DNA from: Vicugna vicugna
Lineage: Eukaryota
Assembly: GCA_013265495.1 (NCBI GenBank)
Contig: MU057880.1
Location: 650,527 to 714,526 of the forward strand
Direction: 5' to 3'
DNA: 64,000 nucleotides
The translations under genes and the position numbers were made by a program. Shown here in pieces: positions 51,232-63,197 of this stretch (positions within the stretch are counted from its first letter, which is position 1; each line of letters begins with the position of its first letter). Under the pieces are notes generated by a model. The model did not search any database. It was not told where the DNA came from and saw only the letters and a list, made by a program, of their open reading frames with translations.

Positions 51232-52080
51232 TAGCTCACGTTCATTCTTTAGGATACAGAGCCTCAGGAAAACTTGCTCTCCGGGGTCTTTGGCAAAGAA
51301 TAGACGGCCCCCAGCCTCCTATAGAATTCCAGTGCTCAGGGACATGTCACCATGTCCAGACTCACAGGTGTCTGTCTGCTGGCTGCTCTCAGCCCCGCTG
51401 TTGTCTTTGCTTTCCTTGCTCTCCTGGACAGAGCCATCCCGGGGTATGCGTCTGCACTTGTGCCATCCCTCTCAGAACTCATCTCTCACAGGTGAGGTCT
51501 ATGTGCACGATGCATCAGTCCGGTGCGTTCCTAGTACGATGACATTCGCACATAGATTTTCTTAAACTCCTGTATTTTCATCATAATCATTATCCTAAAG
51601 TGAAAGTGGGAAGGCAAATTAAAGGTCGTTAAGGTCATTAGCCATTCAGTGTTTTGCTTTATGTAAAGCTATAAAGATAATGGATGCGAAAGTGCTTCAT
51701 AACATACCATTCGAGTTACCATTTCAGTTACTCCTATATTATTGCTTTTTCATAAATGTGCCAGGTAAAATTAAAAAGTATGCTGTCCTCAGGATTCTAA
51801 TTATGCTTTTAACTAGAAATAAGCTTAGCCAGGCCTCCATTATTTCCTTTATAGCTACTTATTTTCTTTATCCTGTAATAGCTGTGGGTTTGTAGGGCGA
51901 TAGGGCACTGAACACCGAGAAGAGACTTTAAAACTCTTACCCACTTCTCTGACCTTAGGCAGAGCTGCCCTCAAACTATTCAGAAAGATGAAGACACACA
52001 CAAATGGGAAAAAAAAAGTAGAGTCAATGTTTTCCTGTTTATAAATGCAAGGCGTACATCTTTAAAAAGAAGTTCAAATA

Positions 52081-52300
52081 AAAGCAGACATAGAGAACAA
52101 ACTTATGGTTACCAGGAGGTAAAAGGGGGTGGGAGGGATAAATTGGGAACTGGAAATTTGCACCTCTTGGGAAGAGATGGAAATAGTTATCTTGATTGTA
52201 GTGGTGGTTTCATGGGTGTAGACATCTATCAAAATTCATCAAATTGTACATCTGGAGTATGTGTGGTTTACTGGAACCATATCACAATAAAGGTGCTAAA
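52081..52300 (+). mobile_element. Short L1 3' UTR insertion with an apparently chimeric 3' end
   Basis: cagacatagagaacaaacttatggttacca... is joined to a tail homologous to 44469-44617. Flanks are aaaagaagttcaaata / aaaaaaagttccatat. Confidence 0.8.
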
Positions 52301-52573
52301 AAAAAAAGTTCCATATTGTCCCTTCATTCAATATCAGATATTTCTAGTTTAACAATATAAATAACGATCAAAGGTAAAACAAGACAAATAAAAATGGTAT
52401 TTCTTTTGCTAGTGCTTAGTGTAAAAAGCGTAGATTGTGGTTTGATATTACTGTTCCTAGCGATGGGTTTTCCATCCCCTTTCGCCCTAGTTGCTTCTGC
52501 CTGCAACCATGATGTTTAGAAAAAACACCACTGGAAAATGTTCAAAACAACAAAACAAGAAATTGCAAAGAGT

Positions 52574-52700
52574 GGGGAGGGTGGAGCGCAGTGGTGGAGT
52601 GCATGCTTAGCATGCATGAGGTCCTGGGTTCAATCCCCAGTGCGTCCATTAAATAATAAATAAGTAAACCTAATTACTTCCTCCTCCAAAAAAGAAAAAC
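52574..52700 (+). mobile_element. tRNA-Ala-derived SINE with a long TSD
   Basis: Head, aaacctaattac motif, and a 33-34 bp flanking direct repeat. Confidence 0.92.
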
Positions 52701-53269
52701 ATGTTCAAAACAACAAAACAAGAATTATAAAGAAAAAAAGCCCAAGCCAATACAGTGACAAAATGTTTTCCATAATATTCTCCTCTAGGTACTAATTCAT
52801 ATACTGATATCTTAAAAATTGTAATGAAATACTCAGCATTCTTCACAAAACATTACATCATAAAGATTTCCATATTTTGACATGCTGCTGGTATCTTTCA
52901 TTTTAATAAATTCATAATATACTATTCAGCAAATGTACTATTATTGTTTACTTTCTATTATTATATAATAAGACAATAAATATGTTTGGTTACACAGTTT
53001 GCTTCAACTGACGTAGTATCTTACTCAAAATTTCTAGAAAGCAATATTTTCAGGACTAGATTTAAAATTTCAAATGACTTTTCTCAATGATTCTCCTAGT
53101 TTCTCTACCATCAGGCAGGCATGAGTGTTCTGGCACTAAATGTTTCAGCGATCCGAATTTGTGCGAAGTTTGGAATAGGTGTCTCTGATGTAACTAATCT
53201 TTTGGGAATCAAATAAAAGGGGGAAAAAGGTCACCTCAGCTGCTTTTCACATCAGATTATTTAAAAACT

Positions 53270-53449
53270 TAGATCGATAAACAACAAGGTCCTACTGTAT
53301 AACATAGGGAACTATCTTCAATAACCTGTAATAACCTATAACGGAAAAGAATCTGAAAAAGAATATATACGAATCACTTTCTTGTACACCAGAAACTAAC
53401 ACAACATTGAATGTTGTAAATCAACTATACTTCAATTTAAAAAAATAAA
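53270..53449 (+). mobile_element. L1 extreme 3' end with TSD
   Basis: gataaacaacaaggtcctactgtataacataggga...tcaactatacttcaat, with TSD acatcagattat at 53249-53260 and 53450-53461. Confidence 0.92.
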
Positions 53450-54278
53450 ACATCAGATTATCTTCAGATTATTTGAGAATGACCTAAAGTATTCTGTAAG
53501 ACGATCAGTTATCAGATTTAGTAAAAGGGCAGTCAGGAGTTGAGAACACTACTCCTTGATGGCTGACTGCCCCGTCAGGACCCCTGCTCTGGAAGCCCAC
53601 GGATAAAGGTAGGAAAGGAACTCTCTTTTCTGATCTGACTGATGAAAAAATCATCGTGGCTCCAATTATTGACCATAGATAAATTCCCAGTCCTGAGTCC
53701 TGGCTCTGAGGCAGCAGAATGTGGGAGGTGCACGGGCCACAGACTCTGAGGACCTGGGTTCAAGTCCCTCCCCTGTGCTAATGTTTGACCTTGGAACCTG
53801 CTTATCCGCATGGTGAGAAAAGCAGGCTCTGTCTGCCAAGGCTCTGCAGACGATGCGAAGAGAATTCACTCCAAAGGGTAATGAAGGGCCTCCTTGATGT
53901 GAATCCCTCTTTCTTTCCTCTCCAATCTGGGCTCCACCTTTTTCGCCCCACCCACCATGGACTCCCTAGCCCACCGGCTGTTTTTCTGTTTCTGGATCTC
54001 TGCTTTTTCTAGTTTGTCCATCCCATGCTTGTTCCTCAAATCTCTACGTTCCTACTGAAGACCCGGGTAGGAGGCCCTTCCAGATTGCTTGCCCCGACGG
54101 AAACCAACTTCTCTCCCCAGCCACCATCTGCCTCCCGGACTCGCCGTATGTGAGGCTGCATCCAGGCATCACCGGTCCCTTATGCTTCATCACCTCCCAC
54201 GATGTAAGTGCGTTTGTATCATTGGTTTTATTTAATTCTATCCTGTTAGACTGTGTGCTTTGTTCTCCTGCTCTTCCT

Positions 54279-54378
54279 TTATTTTTAAAATTTTTTATTA
54301 TTTATTATTATTATTTTTAATGGAGGTGCTGGGGATTGAACCCAGGACCTCGTGCATGCTGAGCTACACCCTCCCCCC
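54279..54378 (-). mobile_element. tRNA-Ala-derived SINE with an internal deletion
   Basis: tggaggtgctggggattgaacccaggacctcgtgcatgct^gagctacaccctcccc lacks about 19 nt (anticodon 5' strand and most of the A box). Confidence 0.9.
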
Positions 54379-55887
54379 TTCTGCCTCTATTCCTTCTGTT
54401 TTATATGCCGTGACACTACACTGAGCGTATCCACCGACAACAGAATTGGAAGACTGTAGACTTCCCCCTAACTTCCAAACTGGCACACAGAAATCTCAAA
54501 AAACAAACGCAATGAATGAGTTTTAAGAAAGGGAGGGGGGTAAAAAAACACCTAACTTGCGCCTAAACCTGTCTGTTTTGGGATGGAAGCCAAACACAGG
54601 GGGTCCAGGACTCTTTCAGCATTCCATCTATTATTTATGTAGTGTGCATTGCTGTAGTCTCTAAGCCCTTGGCAATGAAATACAACATACCTCTGGGAGT
54701 GAAAAAGGAAATGAGGAAGGGGAGCGGGGGGAGGTGCTGGAACGTCGGTTATCTCTGTGAGCCGGAGAGACCTCGGCTGACCCACACGGCCCCTCCCTGC
54801 CTGACACAGGTGTGACCAGCGTATTGGTCACCGTCAGTGGTGTAAATTCACATCGGGAGCTGGAAGCCAACCTTTGCAGAAAAAGTTTTCTTTTTCCTTT
54901 GCTTGAAAATCGGTACAGTGCTCAGGAAGGAAGGGACTGCTGCTTCTCGGGTACCCACCCTGAAATTCAGAATCTGATCAGGAGGTAACTGGTACTGATG
55001 CTCAGTGTAGAAACCTCACCAGTCAACATTTCTGTTATTGTCTTTCCTTGTGGCAACAGAGACTCCAGATGCTAAAGCTTTTGGGTGCGGAATTCCTTCA
55101 TCTGGTTCAGTTTCCTGTGGCCTTGGAAGTTCCCAAAAGGGAGAAGGAAAGGATAGAGTCAGGTGTCATCCAAGCAGCATGGACAGCCCGTGTCCTGCCA
55201 CGCGTCCCACTGGCAGCCCCACAGACACACGTGCATTGAGGCTCAACATGCTTGTCTTCTAACTGAATCCTTCATCATTCCTGATCGCACGCCCTTCCTC
55301 GAGGAGGTCTAAGGAACCCTCAGGGCTGCTCCTGAAACAGAAAAGCATTCAAACACCTGGACCCAGACCTCCACATATCTGATGGCTTTAAATGTGGTCC
55401 TTGGGCAAAGGCAAACTTTATGGAGTGAGGCAGGGGGCTTTGATAAACCTCTTCAGTCCTGTAGACTTTCTTGTGGAAGCCTTAGACCGGCGGAATAAGT
55501 TAAATAGAGATGCCGCAGCCTGGGGTGTCCAGTATTCCCCTGTATGATTAAAAATGCTGACTCCAGTGAAAGCAGAGCACACGCTGTAAAGATTATCACC
55601 GTTTGGAGCGTCTTCTGGGTGATGAGGGTAGGATGGGAGGGGCTAGGGAACAAGATCACGAAAGATGTCAGTTCCTCCAGAGAGGCTGGATTCAGCAACT
55701 CAGCCAGAGAAGGACAGGTGGGCAAGAGAGGGGCTGAGCAGCTGAGCTTCAACAAAGATTTTAGAACCCAAGTGGAAATTCCATTCTGTCTGTCATGTCC
55801 CTGGGAAATGGCTTACCTTTCAATGAGCATGTGCCCTATACCCACTGCACCCCTAAGTCCACATCACCATAGCTTTAGTTGTCATGG

Positions 55888-55982
55888 TTTATTTATGTTT
55901 TATTTAATGGAGGTACTGGGGATTGAACCTGGGACCTCGTGCATGCTAAGCACGCGCTCTACCACTCAGCCATACTCTCACC
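55888..55982 (-). mobile_element. tRNA-Ala-derived SINE
   Basis: tggaggtactggggattgaacctgggacctcgtgcatgctaagcacgcgctctaccactcagccatac. Confidence 0.92.
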
Positions 55983-58712
55983 GGCGGCAGTTTCCTGTTC
56001 GCAGCCGCCTTGAGGAAGGTTAGGGAAGCAGGTGTGTGTGTTTTGGGGGGTGGATGGGAGAGAGCGGAGTTAGCATACAAGGAAAAGGCTGAGTGAGGTC
56101 TGGAGGAGGAGACAGGGGCAGTCAGAAGGGGCTTGTGGCGCACGCAGTCTCTGCCCTCTGACTCGGTGGGAGCTGGGGCTGTGTTTCCGCACCCATGTGA
56201 GATGGGGTAGGGATGGAACAGCAGGGAATGTCATTATTACATGGATTTTAGAGAAAGAGTTGAGCTGGCATGATCGTAAGCTGGGATAAGAACTGCTATA
56301 GTATGGATCTGTTTCTAATCAAAGACAAGCAAGAAAAAAGGAAGTGAGGGAAAAAGGAAAGAAAATCCCTGCTGGTCTGTTCCTTGCCACTCACAGCTCC
56401 AGTCTGCTGAGAACGATCATGGTCAGGGGGAGCGTGGTCCACGACTCCCAGGAATGGCCCTCAGTGATGGGGAGTGCAGAGGAATCAGAAACAAAACACC
56501 CTTGGAGCTTTCAGGAGCCACGTCAGCTCCCAGGAGGAGCTGTGGGTCAGGTGGACCCCAGGATGTGAAGTCCTGGGTCCTGGGTCCCGGCCATCCTAGT
56601 GTCCTCCTGGGTGTCCTTACAGACTCGGAAATCAATCTATCACCCATCCGTGTCTGTCTGTATTTTACAAGAGGGCACGTAGAGTAGATAACACTTAACA
56701 CAAAAGAATGACCAACAAAAACTTGCAGCCATGTGATTCACTGTGTACTCTCTCTCCAATCATTAAAAAAAAAAACAACACTGGGAGGACAGAGCGTGGC
56801 ATCACCACCCCATCTGCAGAAATGAAGGTGGAGGCTAACATCTACAAGGTCACACAGTTAGAAAGTGGAGAAGCCAGGTGCTAAGCCCAAAACTTTCCAG
56901 CATTTCCAGTCTCCTTTACCCTGCACAACTGGGCAGTTGAAGTCTGTGGCATCTGGGTAGATAAACCTTTTATTATGCTTGTGTGTACACGTGTGTGTGT
57001 GTGTGTTCAGGATCTCCTGAAATCAGGGGATATGGAAAGCTCTGCTCAGTGATGGCTGATTATTACCCTGCAGGAATGTGAGCCCCAAAGAAATCAGAAC
57101 CTTGCACAAATGGACCCCCCTGGCTACCTCTGGGAAGCTCCCGCCTTTGATCGGCGTCCTTGGCTCCTTCCCAGTTGCTCCCCGAGATGTACTGGTAACT
57201 CTACCAAGTCTGCACTCTCTTCCTACACCTTTCTCTCCAACAGACTCGCCTGGTCTGAACGTCTGCCCTGGGTTCCTCATCTCCTCTGCCAGTTTCCCTC
57301 CATCTAAGTCATTTCCAGTCTTTGGGGGTTGGGGGATGGGACACTAGGAAAGTGGTAGCAAGGGAGGTTTGTGCTGTTTGCTGGTTTTAGCATCCTGACC
57401 TGGGGTGAACTGGGCAGGAGACAGCTGGAAGGGGTGCGGCAGGGAAGGAAGAGCACAGGCGCTGCCCTTGCAGACAGGAAATGAAAGGATGGAGCTGATG
57501 CATTCTCAGTAAATATTAAACAGCAATGAACTAGAGAGTGATAGTTCACAAGGACACAGAGACATAAGCACGTGGTGGTTGGCTGTGTTCTGGCACACAC
57601 CTGGGTCCTAGAGCTTTTTAACACATCTCTATTGACACTGCAGACAGTTTCACTTGGCCAAGAGAAAACCCTGAGTGATGAACCCAAGGCAAATGTTCCT
57701 GCTAATACAGAAACAAATAAATGGTGGAGGAAGGGTGACAAGAAAAGAAAGAGACTCATTTCCATCCTTCTGAGTAGATGTTACATCTTGTGGCAGATAA
57801 GATGTCATTAATTAGCAGCGAGAGATTTGGGAACTAGCCACGGTGTAAATGGTCTCTGCTCTACGTTCGGTAATGAAAGTGCTTTAGTGATGCTTCAGTA
57901 ATTCAGGCAACAGGGTTTTGCAGCTTGTTTTGTGTGCACGGTGGGGGGAGGCAAGGAAACAGTAGATGCAATCTTTTCTTCTGAGTGGTTTACAGTCTAG
58001 TCGTATCAGATTTGCAAAAGGACAAAGAACCCCCCAGAAGACCACAACAAATCTTAAACAGTTTCAAGCAATAAAACAAATAAAAATCTCTGAACCAGAC
58101 ACCTCTCCCAGAAAACATAGCACTTTGCATTCAACTGAACATAATTCAAACCACGTTTACTAAAACTATTCCCCTGTTATACAGCCTGTGTGTTTTTATG
58201 TTTCTGCAAGGAAATGCAAGAATAGCGTTTTCTTGGAAGCGTCGTTCAGATTTTACACACTAAATTTATACTTCTCTAATCTTAAGGCTGAGTCCAGGCT
58301 AGAGGTTTCCATGACTATATACAGCGATCCTTTCTACTAACTCACAAATCTTTTTCCACCGTCTTCATTTTAAGGACTATAATCACGCTACCCTGATTTT
58401 CATACATATTTTACGTGTTAAAAATGCTACCCCTTTTCTCTCCCATTCAGTTCAGCAGGCCAGCACTTAAGTTAGGTCATCGCACCTTTCTTCCCACTTC
58501 TCAAGCCTACTGGGGTCATCAGTGAGCACAAACAGTCAAAAAAGAAAACAGAACCGAGGTCTCACCACCCAGAAAGAAGAATGAAATCCAGATGCTGTCA
58601 AATTAAGAGAAGTTTGATTAATGTCACTGTTAACTTTATTTTCACTGCTTCCCCAGCTGGGTCAAAAAAAAGCAGTCTGGGCCAGAGTAATAAGCTGACA
58701 CTGAGGGGCGTC

Positions 58713-59445
58713 TTTTGGTTTGTTTGTTTTTTATTGATGTGTAATTGATTTACAATGTTAGTTTCAGGTGTACAGCAAAATGATTCTATTATACATATAC
58801 ATCCATATATATATTTTTCTGATTCTTTCCCATTATATGTTATTATAAGATATTGAATATAGTTCCCTGTGCTATACAGTAGGTCCTTGTTGTTTATCTA
58901 TTCTATATACAGTAATGTGTATCTGTTAATCCTCAACTCCTAATTTATCACTCCCTTACTCCTTCCCCTTTGGTAAACATAGCTTGTTTTCTATGTCTGA
59001 GTCCATTTGGGGTTTGTAAATAAGATTTTTTTTGGTGTTTTTTTTTTCTTTTTAGATTCCACATATAAGCAACATCAGATGATATTTGTCTTTCTCTGTC
59101 TCACTTACTTCACTCAGTATAATATCTCTGGGTCATCCACGTTGCTGCAAGTGGCAATATTTTATTCTATTTTGTGGCTGAGCAGTGTTCCATTGTATAA
59201 ATATACCACAGCTGCTTTATCCAGTCATCTATTGTGGGACATTTAGGTTGTTTCCATGTCCTGACTATCGTAAACAGTGCTGCTATGAACACTGGGGTGC
59301 ATGTGTGTTTTCAAATTAGAGTTTTCTCCAAATATGTGCTAGCGGGATTGCTGGATCATATGGTAAGTCTATTTTTAGTTTTTTAAGGAACCTCCATACT
59401 GTCCTCCATAGTGGCTGCACGAATTCCTGCAGGAATTTACATTCC
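58713..59445 (-). mobile_element. 5'-truncated L1 3' end
   Basis: ttttattgatgtgtaattgatttacaatgttagtttcaggtgtacagc...ggaacctccatactgtcctccatagtggctgcac. Confidence 0.94.
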
Positions 59446-60035
59446 TGAGGGAAATTTTTTGGCAAGGCACAATTAAAATAATGTCCATGTTACTTGATGT
59501 GTTATCAAAAAATTACCTTCTATGTTTATCTACCGAGGAGTAGGTAGATAAAGGAGGCTCCTTTAAGTCTGGGAGTCCAAAGTAACCTTTACCTCAATGC
59601 CCCCTTCCTAGCAAGATTTCTCCAATATTAAATTTGCTTTTGTTTCTTTGGTAACAGCTAAAATACCAGGGCTGTAATGCAGTGTATATTTGGGATCTAC
59701 AGGACATCTGTGGAAGTCAAACCCTATTTTCCAGGCAGACACAAAATTCATGTGGCTTTTAACTCATTTTTAAGTAGATCCCGACCTAATATAAAAAATT
59801 GAGACCAGGTGGCCAATATTTCCAAAGAATCATAAAAATTCAGAACATTCTAAAGAATAAATATCTTCATGAAAAGTTGACTGAACATCCTAAGTTGGGA
59901 TCAAACAGTGACTTTTTAAAATCACTTGGTCTGTATCCCATATTCTTTAAACAGTCTCTGTGAATCTTGATATTTATGTATACATTTCACGCTTTCTTAT
60001 ATCTTCTCAACAATTTTCAGAGCTATTTGTTGCAT

Positions 60036-60212
60036 GGGCGGGGGGAGCTCAGCGGGAGAGCAGGTGCTTAGCATGCATGAGGTCCTGGGTTCAATCCCCA
60101 GTCCCTCCATTAAAAATTTTTTTTTAAATAAATACAACCTGATTATCCCCCCAAATAAATAAATGAAAAATAAAACTCATCTCAAAAAAGAATACCCCCC
60201 CCAAATTTTTTT
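60036..60212 (+). mobile_element. tRNA-Ala-derived SINE with an extended tail
   Basis: agctcagcgggagagcaggtgcttagcatgcatgaggtcctgggttcaatccccagtccctcca, with flanks agagctatttgttgca / aaagctacttatttca. Confidence 0.9.
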
Positions 60213-60629
60213 AAAGCTACTTATTTCAGAGCATTCAGGAAATCAGTAAAGATGTCTGAGACTTTTGTGTGTAGTGAACGAACATAAAAACAAAAAGCTT
60301 AACTGGTCCAGCTGTGCCTTCTTTTTTTTTTTAAATTAAAAAAAAAAGCTAATCTATGTTAGATGTGAAATCCATTGAGTTGTGATATGTCAATGTTCCT
60401 TTTTCTTGACAGTGATTTTTTTCAGAACTCCCTCTCATTTAAAAGAAATTTACAATAGTCAGAAGACTCTTGTATTTTCTTTCTGTGAAAATCAGTGATA
60501 GGTTTTTATAAGTATAATGAATGTTTGCGATAAATCTTTGGCATCTGCAGTTTAAGTAATTCCTAAAAGCTTATGTTTTATACTTTGATGTTGAATGATT
60601 TCTTGAACTCTGATAAATTATCTCAGTTT

Positions 60630-61170
60630 TTGAAAACAACGGTTAGTTGTCTTTGCAGACAAACTTCTTTGATCGCACCTTCACAAGCAAACCGTAGGCG
60701 TTTTCAGTGACGGTCCTTTCGCAGGTGGAACGTGGGGGGAGTTTTCGGGGGCGGCCCCGCCCATTCCCCACGTGCACGTGGCTCGGCACCAACAGAAGTG
60801 CCTGCAGGAGGGAAGCAGGCTCTGAGCTCTGCGAGACCACAAAACAAAGCCCATGGCTGTGGGTCTCCTCTGGGACCCTTTCCAGGGATGAGCAGCGTGG
60901 GAAGCTCGCGCTGGGACCGCACACGACGGGCGACCGCGCTGCGCTTGCAGACCGGACCGCAGCCGGCCGGCCGCGCGCACACCTGGCGAGCACGACGCCC
61001 GTCTGGGACAGAGGCGGGTCTGTTCCCCGCCACCACGCGCTGGCGGAGGTAAGAGGATGTCCCAGGGTGCCTGAGCTAGCTCAGGGGCCCCGGAGAAGGC
61101 AAAGCAGTTCCTCTGCGGACCACAGACATCGCTGCAAGGAGCAAGCATCTCTGCACGCCAGCAGGTAAGC
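60630..61170 (+). promoter_or_regulatory. CpG-rich promoter and candidate non-coding first exon of a plus-strand gene (possibly SPMIP2/C4orf45 by synteny)
   Basis: MYB site CAACGGTTA (60637), back-to-back GC boxes (60747-60762), tandem E-box palindrome (60768-60781), and donors GAG|GTAAGA (61049) and CAG|GTAAGC (61165). Gene identity is inference only. Confidence 0.55.
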
Positions 61171-62220
61171 GTCGTCTTTTCCACGTGCTGGGAGTTAGAG
61201 CCCTTGTCACTTTTCTTCTTTGTCCATTTGTCTATTAAGTGCTACCATATCATGGTTCTCACGTGTGACCCCCCCCCCCCGTACGTTTGAACTTATTTCA
61301 GACCGTGCAGAACCTCAAGAAACGGAGGACAAAAATCACAGAACATCCCGTAGCAGGGCAGACACACTGTGGCTTCCACGGGGGCTCCAGCCTGGTTTTT
61401 AACTGCAGGGCTTGTCTGGTGGGTGCAGGGACTCTCGCTCACGGGGAGTTTTAGTTATCAAGGAGTATCTTGGTATTTTTCAGATTACCAACAGTCTGTT
61501 GTAACCTGACTCAGAGACATGACAGATAAAGAGACCAAGACAGAGCGCTGTCCCAGGCGGCGATTTCTAGGAGTGGATGATAAGCACCGGCAGATAAAAA
61601 TGCAATCAGTCAAGCCCTGGAACCTAGCAGGAATGAGAAGAATGCTTTTTCAATTTTAAAGTCTAGTGTGAATTTTGCTCTTAACAAAAATCAGAGAAAA
61701 TCAGAGGGGATTTTAAAAATACACAATAAAGGAAGAAAAGTATTACATCTATAGATGAGTAAATGCTCTTAGACAAAAATAAATGTATTTATGTATCTAT
61801 ATATTTGGGGGAGGGGCGTTTCCTTTCCTGTTAGGATTAGGTAACTTGTAGAGTAAGTTTATTTAGGAGTTGATTATTTAGTTTGTCAACAATAACAACC
61901 TATTTTTATAGCTTTTTAAACAAAACCTTTAAAATATACAAGAGTTGACGTTTGCTTTAGAAAAACGTGAATAATATTTTTAGCTTTTCTGAAGGCTGGG
62001 TTCCAGAATACTAGTGGTTTAACAGAACTGATAGGATCCTGGTCATGAAATAGGAATGCGCCAAAAGGCTCCAGAAAATACAGGAATGAAAGAGTGAGAC
62101 AACCAAATATCAGAGTCTGGGTAACTTCCAACCCTCCACCCACACCCCATCACCCACCCCACTTCTTTAAGTGATGAATCAGTCACCCAGCCCTTGATGG
62201 ATGGCACAAGAGCTGGTATT

Positions 62221-62733
62221 GTTTATTTATTTTTTAATTGAAGTAAGTCGGTTTACAATGTGTTAGTTTCTGGTGTATAGCATAGTGGTTCAGTTACACA
62301 TTTTATATATATTCTTTACCAATATAGATTACTACAAGATATTGAATGTAGTTCCTTATGCTGTACAGTAGGATCTTGTTGTTTATCTATTTTGTATATA
62401 GTAGTTTGTATCTGCTAATCCCAAATTCCCAATTTATCCCTTCTCACTCCCTTTCCCCTTTGGTAACTGTAAGTTTATTTTCTATGTTTGTGGGTCTGTC
62501 TCTGTTTTGTAAATAAGTTCATCTGTGTTTTTTTTTTAGATTCCACATATAAGTGATATCATATGATATTTATCTTTCTCTGTCTGACTTACTTTACTTA
62601 GTGTGATCATCTCCAGGTCCATCCATGTTGCTGCAAATGGCATTATGTTATTCTTTTTTATGGCTGGGTAGTATTCCATTGTATAAATAGACCACAACTT
62701 CTTTATCCAGTTGTCTGTCAGTGGACATTTAGG
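62221..62733 (-). mobile_element. 5'-truncated L1 3' end with TSD
   Basis: Colinear with 58713-59445, with flanks aagagctggtatt (62208-62220) / aagagttggtttt (62734-62746). Confidence 0.94.
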
Positions 62734-62856
62734 AAGAGTTGGTTTTGATGTTTAAGAGCTGAAGTAGCTCTACAAAAAACTGAAAGTTCCATAGCAAACA
62801 TCTCTGCTCTTAAAATCCCCACCACCACCACCACTGTGGATTTTTCCCTGACTGTC

Positions 62857-62968
62857 TGTGACAGACAGCTTCTAAATGGCCCCAGTGATTCCTACCCCTG
62901 ACAGTTGTGTCCTGTGGAATGCCCTACTCTTCAGCATGGGCTAGGTTTAGTGACTGTTCTCACTCAAT
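62857..62968 (+). mobile_element. MLT1E/F-like MaLR LTR 5' fragment
   Basis: tgtgacagacagcttctaaatggccccagtgattcc...tgggctaggtttagtgact. Confidence 0.6.
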
Positions 62969-62970
62969 GT

Positions 62971-63197
62971 GGGGAGGGTATAGCTCAGTGGTAAAGCATG
63001 TGCTTAGCATGCATTAGCATGCTTAGCATGCCTCCATTAAAAAAAAAAAATCGAATTAATCCTTCAAAAAATTAAAGAAAAACTAATCCTAGTCATTGCA
63101 TTTTCTTTTTAGAAATTTGTGAATTACTGGTTTTTTTTAACCGAGGGCCTCGTGCACAGTAGGCACGTGCTCTACCAGTGAGCTATACCCACCTCCC
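62971..63197. mobile_element. Inverted (tail-to-tail) pair of damaged tRNA-Ala SINEs: + at 62971-63050, - at ~63105-63197
   Basis: Both retain the A-box half but have lost all or part of the T-arm/B-box region. Confidence 0.85.
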
